64,000 nt of DNA from the human T2T-CHM13v2.0 reference genome, Homo sapiens (GCF_009914755.1 NC_060943.1), one strand, 5' to 3'; counted from the stretch's first letter, positions 24,434 through 47,301 are shown. Notes: generated from the sequence alone by a model not told the origin. Numbers and translations are program-made.

Positions 24434-25583
24434 TTAGAAAAAAAAAACTAAAAAGTTAGCCAGACATGCTAGCCTGGCTAGCGCATGCCTGTAGTCTTAG
24501 CTGTTTGGGAGGCTGAGGCTGGAGGATGGCGTGAGCCCAGGAGTTCTAGGCTGCAGTGAGCTATGATTATGCCACTGTCCTTCAGCCTGAGTGACAGAGC
24601 AAGACCCTATGTCTGGGGGCCAAAAAAAAAACAAGTAGGAATTGGAAGTGCAATGAATCAAAGCACTTCAAATAATTGCAAATCCGTGAATTCATAATCA
24701 ATCATCGCTCCACCCTCTCAAAAAACAAAACTCGTGGCTGGGCACAGTGGCTCACATCTGTAATCAATCCTAGCACTTTGGGAGGCCGAGGCAGGCGGAT
24801 CACGAGGTCAGGAGATCCAGACCATCCTGGCTAACATGGTGAAACCCTGTCTCTACTAAAAATACAAAAAAATTAGCTGGGCGTGGCAGTGGGTGCCTGT
24901 AGTCACAGCTACTCGGGAGGCTGAGGCAGAAGAATGGCGTGAACCGAGGAGGCGGAGCTTGCAGTGAGCCCAGATGGCACCACTGCACTCCAGCCTGGGC
25001 GACAGAGCGAGACTCCGTCTCAAAAAAAAAAAAAAAAAACTCGTTGGCCATATTTGAGGATGTTAGGGCATCAATTTGTCACTTGGAAAACTGGTGAATA
25101 AAGGGCCAGAATCATGAAATTAAATGAAATCAACCAGTATGAGGAAGCAGGCAGTTGCACTGGAGTTGGTGCTGAGTTAGGCTGCTGTTTTGGACTCCTC
25201 CCCACCCATCACCACGCCAGAGCCTCTTTATCAGAGTGCCATTCTGAGGTCTTTTTTGCACATCTGGCTCTGAATGCAAATTCTCTGCCTCATTTGGGGT
25301 CTAGCAAAGATGGCAGTGGGGTCCCCACTGTTCAAGGTTCCTACAAGAAAAGCAGTGGAGCCAGGCGCAGGTGGCTCACGCCTGTAATCCCAGCACTTTG
25401 GGAGGCCAAGGCGGGAGGGGGGATCACCTGAGGTCAGAAGTTTGAGACCAGCCTGGCCAACATGGCAAAACCCTGTCTCTACTAAAAATACAAAAATTAG
25501 CCGGGCGTGGTGGTGGGCGCCTGTAATCCCAGCACTTTGGGAGGCCAAGGCGGGTGGGGGCATCACCTGAGGTCAGAAGTTCA

Positions 25584-25859
<276 letters not shown>

Positions 25860-25900
25860 CTAACATCTTATACTCACGCTTTCTCTCTCTCTCTCTGCAG

Positions 25901-25943
25901 GTCTTTCCCTAGCAACTACTGGGACAAGTTTGTCAAGCGCAAG
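25901..25943 (+). CDS. RYR1: RYR1 exon 97 (43 nt): SFPSNYWDKFVKRK
   Basis: (CT)n tract + gcag|G, AAG|gtgaga. Confidence 0.97.
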
Positions 25944-26426
25944 GTGAGAGGACATGGATGCCCTGGGTCCTGGATTGGGTCCCTGCCTGCCACCAGGCCA
26001 TCACAGGCCTGCCAAGCACTTGCTTGGTGTGTGACCTTGGGCAAGAGGTTTTTTTGCCTTTCTGAGTAGCACCTCAGTTTCCCCATGGGGAGATGGGCAT
26101 AGTAAGCTTGCTTCCCTTTCTTGAATGGGCACATGGAAAGAGCAGAGCATCAAGGCCAAGCGTGGTGGCTCACGCCTGTAATCCCAGAACTTTGGGAGGC
26201 TGAGATGGATGTAACACTTGAGCTCAGGAATTTCACAGCAGCCTGGGCAACATGGCAAAATGCCGTCTCTACCAAAAATACAAAAAATTAGCACGGTACC
26301 GCATGCCTGTAGTCCCAGCTACTCAGGAGGCTGAGGTGGGAGGATCGCTTAACCTGGGAGGCAGAAGTTGCAGTGAGCCAAGATTGCACCACTGCACTAC
26401 AGCCTGGGTGAAAGAGTGAGACCTCA

Positions 26427-26798
<372 letters not shown>

Positions 26799-26802
26799 CT
26801 AG

Positions 26803-27228
<426 letters not shown>

Positions 27229-27423
27229 TAATAATACGGCCAACCCTACAGGGTTGTTGTATTATGTACTACATGAGCAGTATCTGGCATATAGGAGAAC
27301 ACTAGATATGTTGGCTGTTACTATAATTCGTTCACTCATATTTACGGAGCACCTATTATGTGCCAGGAACAGTTTTAGAAACCTGGGATCCCGTGTTAAA
27401 CAAAACAGTGATTCTGACCTTCA

Positions 27424-27801
<378 letters not shown>

Positions 27802-27884
27802 TCACTCAGAGTTTGGAGTGTCCCCAGAACCCCCTTGCAGGCCACGACACACACCCACACTCCAGCTGTGTCTACACAGCCTGA

Positions 27885-28031
<147 letters not shown>

Positions 28032-28125
28032 TGAGCCCAGGACACCCCTGCACAGGCCTGGGGCATGCAGGGGAGGTGACTGGAGTCTGACACTCAAGCA
28101 TCTCTCCCCACCCCCGCCCCCACAG

Positions 28126-28186
28126 GCTCATGTCCATCGATGTCAAGTACCAGATCTGGAAGTTCGGGGTCATCTTCACAGACAAC
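28126..28186 (+). CDS. RYR1: RYR1 exon 99 (61 nt): [20 protein letters not shown]
   Basis: cacag|G, AAC|gtgagc. Confidence 0.97.
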
Positions 28187-28613
28187 GTGAGCAGGGGCCC
28201 ACAGACTGGGGAGGGACTCTGCAGGGGTGGGGCGTTAGGAGGGTTCCCAACGTCGGGTGTTCCTGACCAAAGAATGACTCCTGGGACCCTGAGTGGCTGT
28301 GACCCTAGGGTATCTTCTTATCCACACAAGGCTCCTTATCCCCCTAGACATCTTATTAGTATTATTATTACTATTTTTTTTTAAATAGCTGGGATTGGGT
28401 GTGGTGGCTCACGCCTGTACTCCCAACACTTTGAGAAGCCAAGGCTGGTGGATCACTGGAGCCCAGAGTTTGAGACCAGCCTGGGCAATATAGTGAGATC
28501 CTCTCTCTACAGAAAATTTAAAAATTAGCTGGGGCTGGGCGTGCTGGCTTACGCCTGTAGTCCCAGCACTTTGGGAGGCCGAGGCAGGCAGATCACTTGA
28601 GGTCAGGAGTTCA

Positions 28614-28880
<267 letters not shown>

Positions 28881-28883
28881 TCA

Positions 28884-29474
<591 letters not shown>

Positions 29475-29882
29475 TTAGCCTCCTTCACTTGAACCTGAGA
29501 GGCGGAGGTTGCAGTGAGCTGAGATTGCGCCATAGCATTCCAGCCTGGGTGACAAGTGTGAAACTCCATCTCAAAAAAAAAAAAAAAAAAAGACAGAGGA
29601 AGAGATGATGGAGTCTCGCTATGTTGCCCAGACTGGTCTTCAACTCCTGACCTCAAGTGATGCTCCTGCCTCAGCCCCCCAAAGCACTGGGGATACAGGC
29701 ATGAGCCACCACACCCGGCCCAGAACATCCTTTGGCTCCCTCAGTGTGCCCTTAGATTGCCAGATTATTTCCTTCTGGAGGGGGCTCTCATCTCCCCGCA
29801 GGATGCCTTCTCACCCGGAATGCCCTGATCCTCCATGTACTCCCCAAACAGAGCTGGCACCCGACCCCCAGGGCACAGCTGA

Positions 29883-30170
<288 letters not shown>

Positions 30171-30201
30171 TGAAGGGATAAGGGCCGGGCAGCTGGGCTG
30201 A

Positions 30202-30624
<423 letters not shown>

Positions 30625-30866
30625 TGAGTCCAGGAGTTGGAAACCAGCCTGGGCAACAAAGCAAAAATCCTGTCTCTATAAAAAAAAATTTAAACGTTAG
30701 CTGGGTGTTGTGTTGTGTGCCTGGAGGCTAAGGCAAGAGGATCACTTGGTCCCAGCAGTTTGAGGCTTTAGTGAGCTACGAATGGGCCACTACACTCCAT
30801 CCTGGCAGACAGACAGAGACCCTATCTCTAAAAAATGAAAATAGTACCTACAGTTTGGCAAGCTGA

Positions 30867-31264
<398 letters not shown>

Positions 31265-32218
31265 TAGCCAGGATGGTCTCGATCTCCTGACCTGGTGATC
31301 CGCCCGCCTGGGCCTCCCAAAGTGCTGGGATTACAGGCATGAGCCACTGCGCCCGGCCAATTTTTGTATTCTTAGTAGAGACGGAGTTTCACCATGTTGG
31401 CCAGGATGGTCTCCATCTCTGCCTGTGCCGTCGTGATCTGCCCACCTCGGCCTCCCAAAGTGCTGGGATTACAGGTGTGAGCCGCCGCACCTGGCCATGT
31501 CAGATACTTTGAACAGTGCCAGGCATATGAGTGCTCCACACCTCTTCGCCATTGTTTCAATATTATTTGAGCTGAGGTTTTTTGTTGTTGTTGTTCCTGA
31601 GACAGAGTCTCGTTCTGTCACCCAGGCTGGAGTGCAGTGACATGACCTCAGCTTACTGCAACCTCTGTCTCTCAGGTTCAAGTGATTCTCCTGCGTTAGC
31701 CTCCTGAGTAGCTGGGATTACAGGCGCACACTACCACACCCAGCTGATTTTTGTATTTTTAGTAGAGATGGAGGTGGGGGGGTCTCACAATGTTGGCCAG
31801 GCTTGTCTCGAACTCCTGACCTCAAATGATCCACCCACCTCGGCCTCCCAAAGTGCTGGGATTACAGATGTGAGCAACTGCACCCGGCCTTATTTGAGCT
31901 TTTCAAACTATTATTATTGGAAAGGTACTCAGGGAGCGTGCCCCTGCCACTTATGAGCCGTGTGATTTTGGGGCAGGCTACTCAACCTCCTCCCTATGCC
32001 CTGGGGGCCTCACCTGTAAAATGAGTGTGTAATAGTAGTTGCTTTTAGGACTAATAGGTGCTCCCTGGCTATCGAAGACTTAAAAGACTTAGACCATTGC
32101 CTTGCACGGTGGCTCATGCCTGTAATCCCAGCACTTTGGGGGGCTGAGGGGGGCAGATTACCTGAGGTTGGGAGTTTGAGACCGGCCTGACCAACATGGA
32201 GAAACCCCATATCTACTA

Positions 32219-32377
<159 letters not shown>

Positions 32378-32446
32378 TCAAAAAAAAGGAAAAAAAAAAA
32401 GACTTAGACTAGTGCCTGGCACATCCTCAGGATTATATAGATGTTA

Positions 32447-32671
<225 letters not shown>

Positions 32672-32947
32672 TCAATGCACATTTATATTTTCTCTTCTAT
32701 TCTAATAATGGTGATCATAACCCAAATTGATGCGAACTTACTAGAGACACAGGCCACAATCCACAATTAAAAGAATCATTTCTGGGGTTTATCTCCAAAG
32801 ATGTCCTGCAGTCTGGCTCCGTGGGTTCCTCCCTGCTCTCAGGACAAAGTCCAGCTCCTCAACCTGACATCTGAGGCTCTTCCAGACACGGCCTCGCTGC
32901 CCACAGCCTCGTTCTCATTATAGTCACTTATCTTAGTTTTTACTCTA

Positions 32948-33311
<364 letters not shown>

Positions 33312-33559
33312 TTAGCTGGGTGGGGTGACACGCACCTGTATTCCCGACTACTCAGGAGGCTGAGGCAGGAGAATCTCTTGAACTCGGTGGTGGAGGTCGC
33401 AGTGAGCCAATATTGCACCACAGCACTCCAGCCTGGGCAACAGAGCAAGACTCTGTCTCAAAAAAAAAAAAAACATATGTAAAGTTGTTCCCAAATGCCA
33501 GGTAGACCATGCTCCCTCCCCACCCCCACTCAGACCCTTCTTGTGGCTCCCCAGCCCAC

Positions 33560-35196
<1,637 letters not shown>

Positions 35197-35350
35197 TGAG
35201 ACCTTGGGCAAGTCACCTCTCGGGGCCTCCGTTTCTCCATCTGCAAAACGAGGGTGTCAATGGTACTAACCTCATAGGTTGTGATCAGGATTAAGTCAGT
35301 TCATAGGCGCTCGGTGTCTGGCTCATATGAGTGCTCAATAAAGGCCTGAG

Positions 35351-35460
35351 ATATATATATATATATATGTTTATTTATATATATATGTGTTTATATATAT
35401 TTATATATGTGTTTATATATATTTATATATATGTGTGTGTGTCTATATATATATATGTAT
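35351..35460. repeat. (TA)n/(TG)n compound microsatellite at an Alu tail
   Basis: direct reading. Confidence 0.9.
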
Positions 35461-35581
35461 AATTTTTTTTTTGAGAGGGAGTCTCGCTCTGTTGCCCGGG
35501 CCAGAGTTCAGTGGTGCAATCTTGGCTCACTGCAACCTCTACCTCCCAGGTTCAAGCGATTCTTCTGCCTCAGCCTCCTGA

Positions 35582-35773
<192 letters not shown>

Positions 35774-35918
35774 TAATACTATCTTCTTAGGAAGCGAGAT
35801 TAGGGGTGAGATTAGGGAAATGGGGGATGGAGGGCAAGCCCTGGAGGTAGGTAGCTGGAGAGGGGGGAGTCTGAACCAGGTCAGAGGTCGGGCACTGACT
35901 TGTGTCCTGCCACCCCAG

Positions 35919-35983
35919 GTCTGATCATCGACGCTTTTGGTGAGCTCCGAGACCAACAAGAGCAAGTGAAGGAGGATATGGAG
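35919..35983 (+). CDS. RYR1: RYR1 exon 103 (65 nt): [21 protein letters not shown]
   Basis: cccag|GT, GAG|gtaggt. Confidence 0.97.
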
Positions 35984-35987
35984 GTAG

Positions 35988-36173
<186 letters not shown>

Positions 36174-36505
36174 TGAGCAGACACACTGGCCAGTCAGGAG
36201 GGTGGGGGGCATGGCTGCCAATAGCCAGCAGTGGGGTACTTAGCTTTGGCCAGTTAGGAAAGGGGGTGTAGTGTCCATGTGGGCAGATTCCCTGCCAGCC
36301 AATCAGAAGGTAAGGGTGGGGCCCCGCAAGATGGTTCACACCTGTAAGCCCAGCACTTTGGGAGGCCAAGTGGGGAGGATTACTTGAGGCCAGGAGTTCG
36401 AGACCAGCTTGGGCAACATAGCAAGACTTCCTCTCTACTATAAATGAAAAATAAAATAAGGTAAGGGTGGTTCTGACTTGTCTCCTGTGGTCCTCTCACC
36501 CTCAG

Positions 36506-36557
36506 GTTTTTCCTGATGTATTTGATAAACAAGGATGAGACAGAACACACGGGTCAG
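36506..36557 (+). CDS. RYR1: RYR1 exon 105 (52 nt): [17 protein letters not shown]
   Basis: ctcag|G, CAG|gtaagg. Confidence 0.97.
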
Positions 36558-36780
36558 GTAAGGGGGTGTTAATGGGAGGACAGTGGGCAGGACGTGGAGC
36601 CCTTTAACATAAGGCCAGTCAGTAGGTGGCAGTAAAAAGCTCCTATCAATATCAAGGGTTAGGGCTGGGGGCTGGGCACGGCGGCTCACGCCTGTAATCC
36701 CAACACTTTGGGAGGCCAAGGCGGGTGGATTACTTGAGGTCAGGAGTTCAAGACCAGCCTGGCCAGCATGGTGAAATTCA

Positions 36781-36924
<144 letters not shown>

Positions 36925-37305
36925 CTAGGTGACAGAGCGATACTCCATCTCAAAAAAAATGGGTTTGGGCTGGGCGTCCTGGCTCACGCCTGCAATCCTA
37001 GCACTTCGGGAGGCCACAGCGGGAGAATTGCTTGAGACCAGAAGTTCAAGACAGCCTAGGAACACAGCGAGACCCTTTCTCTATTAAAAAATTAGCCAGG
37101 GGTGGTGGTGTGCACCTGTAGTCCCAGCTACTCTGGAGACTGAGGTGGAGAATCGCTTGAGCCAGGAGGCTGTAGTGAGCTGTGATTGTCGCCACTGCAC
37201 TCCAGCCTGGGCAACAGAGCAACACCCTGTCTAAAAATATATATATATATATGTCTCAAGGGTTTGAAGATGTGACCAATGAACTCTTTCTATCCCCAAT
37301 CCTAG

Positions 37306-37401
<96 letters not shown>

Positions 37402-37545
37402 CACACCCCCAGCTGGCCCTCCACCCCCACCTCAAGTGCCTTATTCTCACAGCAAGCCCCTTAGTCCCCAAGCCCCTCCCCCTAAGGCAGCTGGGGGAGA
37501 GGTGACCTAGTACTGGAAAATAAATCTGTGCTACGCCCCCCAGCA
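37402..37545 (+). other. RYR1: RYR1 3' UTR (short; 3' end approximate)
   Basis: between the stop codon and the region 15-25 nt past AATAAA. Confidence 0.8.
37519..37524 (+). terminator. RYR1: RYR1 polyadenylation signal AATAAA
   Basis: first AATAAA after the stop, followed by GT-rich sequence (ctgtgttgg). Confidence 0.9.
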
Positions 37546-37639
37546 TCACTGTGTTGGCCTGCTGAAATTTTGGAGGAGTGGACATCCAGGAATTGTTTCC
37601 CCCAAGAAAAACAAGATGACAGCAGAGGCTAAAGTCATG

Positions 37640-37645
37640 TTTATT
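37640..37645 (-). terminator. MAP4K1: MAP4K1 polyadenylation signal AATAAA
   Basis: TTTATT on + strand, about 85 nt past the TGA of the terminal exon. Confidence 0.88.
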
Positions 37646-37728
37646 GGGAGATGAGGACATGCCATGACCACTAGTGTGTCTATGGGGGAGGGGGTGCAAG
37701 GACTAGTTCCTGACACCCCCCTAGGGAC

Positions 37729-37798
37729 TCATTCCTGGATGTAGAGGTTGCTGGGAGCAGTAGGATCATCCACTGGGCGTGTCTCCACCACTACAGGC
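37729..37798 (-). CDS. MAP4K1: MAP4K1 terminal exon coding part: (R)PVVVETRPVDDPTAPSNLYIQE* when the Alu exon is skipped; GL* (TAG 37791-37793) when it is included
   Basis: ttccacag|G acceptor; phase matches exon 43262-43317; similar to the C-termini of MAP4K2/3/5. Confidence 0.95.
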
Positions 37799-37819
37799 CT
37801 GTGGAAGGAAGAGATAAGT

Positions 37820-38310
37820 CAGTTCATTTATTCATTCATATGTTCATTGATTCATTAATTCACAAAGTAGTTAATAGAGACTGTGCCAGCCCCATGCTGA
37901 ACTATAGCAGTGAATGGGCAGACACGGTCCCTGCCCTTAGGAAGCTTGCATTCTAGAGAAGGAGATCAACATGAATCAGTGAATTACATGAGTGCAAAAA
38001 AGCATGGCATGTCTGGCAGGGAAACCTAACCCAGGAGGTCAGCCCAGACTCCCCAGAGAATGGATGGTGCAGCCTGAAGGGGGGTTAGGAGGGAACTTGG
38101 TGAAAGGGCAAGGAAGAGTGTTCTGGCTGGGGAGAACAGCCTGTGCAAAGGATTTGAGGTGGGAGAAAGGCTGGGACTTGGCTGGAGATGTCATGGCCTT
38201 GTGGGCTGTGGCCAGGATTGAGTCTTTATCTTGAGGCCATGGGAGGATTTTAAGCAGGGAGACAGTGACACGATCAGATTTGGATTTAAAGTGACCCTTC
38301 TGGCATGTCA
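37820..38310 (-). mobile_element. L2 fragment
   Basis: ttcattcattc tail, cagacacggtccctgccctt..gaagcttgcattctag, gagggaacagc.tgtgcaaagg. Confidence 0.7.
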
Positions 38311-38373
38311 AAAGGACACAGGGGCTACTTAAAGTGGTTCCCACTGGCTAAATTTAAGACCATTTGTGCCTCA

Positions 38374-38562
<189 letters not shown>

Positions 38563-38587
38563 CTACTAAAAATACAAAAAAAAATTA

Positions 38588-39060
<473 letters not shown>

Positions 39061-39076
39061 TCACCATTTATTGTTA

Positions 39077-40003
<927 letters not shown>

Positions 40004-40330
40004 CTATCTTTAAAAAAAAAGAAAAAGGGAGAAAAAAGCAACTTCACAGTGGAGAGAACTGGCTGATTCTACCTTAACCAAATGACCGAAGTTAATATCA
40101 CCAGTAATGGGACAAACTAGCATTGTGTACTTCCTGAAATGATGCACTGAGAAAGACATCTTTCTGCAGTATTCCTGCCCAAAATGCAGAACGTGGAAAC
40201 CTCAAACACAGTCAAGGAACATTCTAGAAAACAACTTTCCTTTACTCTTGAAAAAGGTCAAAGCTCATTAAAGACAAAAGAAGTCTAAATAATTGTTCCA
40301 GGCTAAATAATAAAGAAACATGACTCCTAA

Positions 40331-40618
<288 letters not shown>

Positions 40619-40922
40619 TAATTTTTGTATTTTTACTAGAGGTGGGGTTTCTCCATGTTGGCCAGGCCCATCTCCAACTCCTGACCTCAGGTAATCTGCC
40701 CACTTCAGCCTCCCAAAGTGCTGGGATGACAGGCGTGAGCCACCACACCTGGCCAACTGGTGAAATTGAGTAGGGGTATGAATTAGAAGGTTGTGATGTT
40801 TCAGTGTTGTTTTCTTGATTTTGACAGCTGTGCTGTGGTTTGTAACATTATGTCCTTGCTTTGATTCAGGAAACATACACTGAAGTATTTTAGGGGTAAA
40901 TGGGCATCACGTCTGCAATTCA

Positions 40923-41208
<286 letters not shown>

Positions 41209-42271
41209 TTAAAAAGATTAACATCTGGCCAGGTACAGTGGCTCACGCCTGTAATCCCAGCACTTTGGGAGGCAGAGGTGGGTGGATCACCTGAGGTCAA
41301 GAGTTCGAGACCAGCCTAACCACCATGATGAAAGCCCACATCTACTAAAAAAACAAAAAAATTAGCTGGGCGTGGTGGTGTGCAACTGTAGTCCCAGCTA
41401 CTCAGGAGGTTGAGACAGGAGACTTGCCTGAACCCGGGAGGCAGAGGTTGCAGTGAGTGGAGATCCACTGCACTCCAGCCTGGGCCACACAGCAAGACTC
41501 CATCTCAAAAAAAAAAAAAAAAAAAGATCTGGTTAATCTGGATAAAAGGGATTTTTGCAACTTCTCTGGGAGTGTGAGTTTTAAATTATGTCAAAATAGT
41601 TAAAATAGTTATTTTTAATAGTTAAAAATTTTTAATAAGATAAAAATCTAAAATAAAAATGCAGCCAGGGCTGGGCACGGTGGCTCATGCCTGTAGTCCC
41701 AGCACTTTGGGAGGCCGAGGCGGGCAGATCACCTGAGATCAGGGGTTCAAGAGCAGCCTGGACAACATGGCGAAAGCCTGTCTCTACTAAAAATACAAAA
41801 ATTAGCCGGGCACAGTGGCACATGCCTGTAATCCCAGTTACTCGGGAGGCTGAGGCAGGAGAATCGCGTGAACCCAGTGGGTGGAGGTTGTGGTGAGCTG
41901 AAATCACGCCACCGCATTCCAGGCTGGGCAACAGAGCAAGAATCCGTCTCAAAAAAAAAAAAAAAATGCAGCCAGGTGTGGTGGCTCATGCCAGTAATCC
42001 TAACATTTTGGGAGGCCAAGGTAGGAAGATTGCTTGAGGCCAGCAGTTCAAGGACAGCCAGGGCAACATGGCAAGACCCCGTCTCTACAAAAAAATTTTA
42101 AAAATTAGCCAGTTGTGGTGGTGTATGCCTGTGGACCTAGCTACTTGGGAGGCTGAGGTGGGAGGATCAGTTGAGCTCAGAAGGTCAAGACTGCAGTGAG
42201 CTGTGTGTGTAACACTGCACTTCAGCCTGCGCAACAGAATGAGACCTTGTCTCAAAAATGAAATAAAATTA

Positions 42272-42992
<721 letters not shown>

Positions 42993-43261
42993 TCACTTGA
43001 GCCTGGGAGGTCAAGGCTGCAGTGAGCCGTGGTCGTGCCATTGCACTCCAGCCTTTGAGTACAGTGAGAAACAAAACAAAAAGAGAGAACGCCCCCGTGG
43101 CTGCAGTGCAGAGAACAGACTCTAGGGAGCAGGGATGGAAGCAGGGTGACCAGGTGAGACACTGTCCAGGCTAGAGATACCTTGCTGGGGACACCTCAGA
43201 ATGCTCTCTTCACATCAGAAGCCCCCTCCCAGGTCCTTCTGCACCCCACCCCACAACATAC

Positions 43262-43317
43262 CTGGGGGAGCCAAGCAGACGGAAAGTGAGGGTAGGGTCT
43301 CTCAGCTCCTGTAGCAG
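43262..43317 (-). CDS. MAP4K1: MAP4K1 exon 30 (56 nt): [18 protein letters not shown](R)
   Basis: ttccctag|CTG, AG|gtatgt. Confidence 0.95.
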
Positions 43318-43342
43318 CTAGGGAAAAAAAGTGTGTGTCTCA

Positions 43343-43859
<517 letters not shown>

Positions 43860-44297
43860 TCAAAAAGAGGGAAGGAACTGAGTGAGCAAAAATAAATAAA
43901 TAAAAATACTAAAGTGTAAGGGCAAAGTCTGACACAGTATTCTGTGAGATAAACACCATTTTCCAAATGAGGACAGTGAGGCACAGGAAGGTTAAGTCAT
44001 TTGCCCAAGGCCACTCAGCTGAATTCCAACCCAGACAGTCTTGTCTTAACTATCCATATATCTCTATAGTGGTCCCCATTTTACAGTTGGGGAACAGAAG
44101 CTTAAAGAGAAGCAACGTTGCCAGCCCAAGGTCACAGTAGTGGCCCAGGATGAGATTGGGACTCAAGAAATCCAAGAGCAGCCAGGTGCAGTGGCTCACA
44201 CCTGTAATCCAAGCCACTTGAGAGGCTGAGGAGGGAGGATTGCTTGAGCCCAGAAAGTCAAGGCTACAGCTAGCTATGGTTGCACCACTGCACTTCA

Positions 44298-44666
<369 letters not shown>

Positions 44667-44810
44667 CTAGCACTTTGTGAGGCCAAGGAAGGCAGATTGG
44701 CTGAGCTCAGGAGTTTGAGACTAGCCTGGGCAACATGGTGAAACCCTGTCTCTACTAAAAATACAAAAAAATTAGCTAAGCATGGCGGCATGCACCTGTA
44801 GTCTCAGCTA

Positions 44811-44972
<162 letters not shown>

Positions 44973-45051
44973 AAAATAGGCCGGGTGTGGTGGCTGACAG
45001 CTGTAATCCCAGCACTTTGGGAGGCCAAGGCGGGTGAATCACCCCAGGTCA

Positions 45052-45408
<357 letters not shown>

Positions 45409-45460
45409 TCATGATGGAGGCTGGGGGGCAGTGATGTGGAGTTTGGATGGAGGGGCTTAC

Positions 45461-45531
45461 CTGATCCGAGCCTAGAGCCCACACCTGCACTCCATGCTTC
45501 CAGAAGGCCTGAAGCTGACCTCCAACCATAG
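45461..45531 (-). CDS. MAP4K1: MAP4K1 exon 29 (71 nt): MVGGQLQAFWKHGVQVWALGSDQ
   Basis: cccag|CT, CAG|gtaagc; CNH-domain AFWKHG motif. Confidence 0.96.
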
Positions 45532-45615
45532 CTGGGGAGAAAGCAATGCCCGTTACCCTTGGGGATCACTTGAGTTTCCACCCCTGATCCTGGGCTCTCC
45601 CGTCCCTGCACAGAC

Positions 45616-45705
45616 CCACGGCCTCCACCGCTTCGGTCATGGGGATCTCAGGTGTGCGAAGTCCCCGGACTGGGGACCCCTCCGGGGTCACCAGCTTCAC
45701 AGAGC
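45616..45705 (-). CDS. MAP4K1: MAP4K1 exon 28 (90 nt): SVKLVTPEG...EAVEAV
   Basis: ttccag|GC, G|gtctgt; frame continuity. Confidence 0.93.
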
Positions 45706-45914
45706 CTGGAAGGAGATAGACGGTTTTAAGAACTGTGAGCAAGGCTTAGAGGGTTACTAAGGGACCAATCCATAAATTCAGTGTGAAAGCTATGTAGGAC
45801 AGGGGCAAGGCCCAGAGGGGCTCAGGGGGTTCTGAGAAGCACAAGTTCGGAGGCAGAGATCTAGGGACTGCAGCTGGAGGGGTGGGGAGGAAGGGGAGGA
45901 AGGAGGGTTCTCAC

Positions 45915-45977
45915 CATCCATCAACACCATCACCATATCTTCCTCTACCTGGGTCACCTGCACGGGTCCCCTGTGCT
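45915..45977 (-). CDS. MAP4K1: MAP4K1 exon 27 (63 nt): HRGPVQVTQVEEDMVMVLMD
   Basis: aacag|AG, G|gtgaga. Confidence 0.94.
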
Positions 45978-46287
45978 CTGTTTGGGGGGAGTGGGTTAAG
46001 GATTGACCCCACCCCATTCCCCTTTCCCCACACCACCCCCAGAAGGCCAGTACCTGTGCTTTAGCCACCGCCTCAGTTCACAAGCAAGTGGGCTAAACCC
46101 CGCCCACCATCCCGGTCCCACCCCATCATCAATCTCCCCAGTTAACTAAAACCTGCCATTCTCCCTTCTCCGCCCTTCCAGCCCTTTCTCAGTCCCGTAG
46201 TGCCTCAGGCTAAGCGAAGCCCCGCCTCCAGCTCCGCCCCTCCGGATCTGATAAGCCCCGCCCTCAGCAAGACTCCGCCCCACTCAC

Positions 46288-46462
46288 CGGTGCTCATCTC
46301 GCCCAGCCAGCAAGAGAGCGCGCCAAAGCGCACCGTGTGGAAGAGCACCGACTTCCCCGGCCGCCCGGGGCTCACGCCGATGCACACAGCGGGCAGCTCA
46401 GAGCCTGGCCCGGTCAGCAGCGCGAACACGGACAGAGGCGTCGGCAGTGGGAACAGCACCTG
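46288..46462 (-). CDS. MAP4K1: MAP4K1 exon 26 (175 nt): QVLFPLPTPLSVF...WLGEMST
   Basis: cgcag|CAG (NAGNAG acceptor), G|gtgagt. Confidence 0.94.
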
Positions 46463-47009
46463 CTGCGGGCCGCACAGGGAGGGGCGGGCTAGGGGGTGGT
46501 TCAGGACGGGGCCTCAGGGGGCGTGGCTTGTAGCTGGCCTGGGACTTCCGAACCAGGGCCCTAAGTCTTGGGGGATGCCGTCTAGAAATGTCAGGGGATA
46601 AGGCCTGGTGCCTCCGCGGGAACGGGGGTCGTGACCTCCGAGTGGGTGTGGCTTCCATGTGGGGGCATGCCACCTTGGCGGCAGACGGGCAGGGCCCCAA
46701 AGATAGCAAAACCTGCTTAGACACTCAAAGAGACAGGCTCTAAATGGGCTCTACTAGGACACCCAGGGAGTGGCAGCATTGAGCCTGAGGAATAATTAGG
46801 CCCAGGTGTGAGGGGCGGCGCTTAAGGATCAGGATGGCTTCAGAAGGACGAGGCTCCAAGCGCAGACCGCAGGTGGGCGGGGCCTCGGGAGATTGGGGCG
46901 GGGCCTCGACGGAGGTGGGGCTTCATGGAGCTCTTGATAGAAGCGCAAAGGGTGCAAGGCCTTAGCCACCCACTCCTCAGAGTTCCCAGCACCCTCCCAA
47001 GCCCCTTAC

Positions 47010-47113
47010 CCGGACAAGCAGGAATTTGTTCATGGGCTGGTACCACTGAAGCAGGACAACGGACGTCTCCAATGCACCGCACAGGAACGGGCCCCCAGAG
47101 CTCGCACCCTCCG
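47010..47113 (-). CDS. MAP4K1: MAP4K1 exon 25 (104 nt): [34 protein letters not shown]
   Basis: cacag|CG, CGG|gtaagg; CNH LLQWY motif. Confidence 0.96.
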
Positions 47114-47301
47114 CTGTGGCATGGGCAAGGATGAGTCAAGATCAATGCCCTCTATCCTCCTCGCCACCCACACTACCACCCATCTTCTGGGTTCTGGACA
47201 CATTGCCTTAACTCTGTAACCTTCTCAGGTGGATGCAGTTCAAGCCCCTCCTCTGGCCTGGCCCCGCCCACTCTCTGCACACCCGTGAAGCTCTCTCTCA
47301 C

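Larger units (their letters stand above)
46090..47120. promoter_or_regulatory. Intragenic CpG-rich, GC-box-rich region over MAP4K1 exons 25-26
   Basis: many CCCGCC/GGGCGG boxes, ATTGG next to GGGGCGGGGC near 46892, CpG enrichment. Confidence 0.65.
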
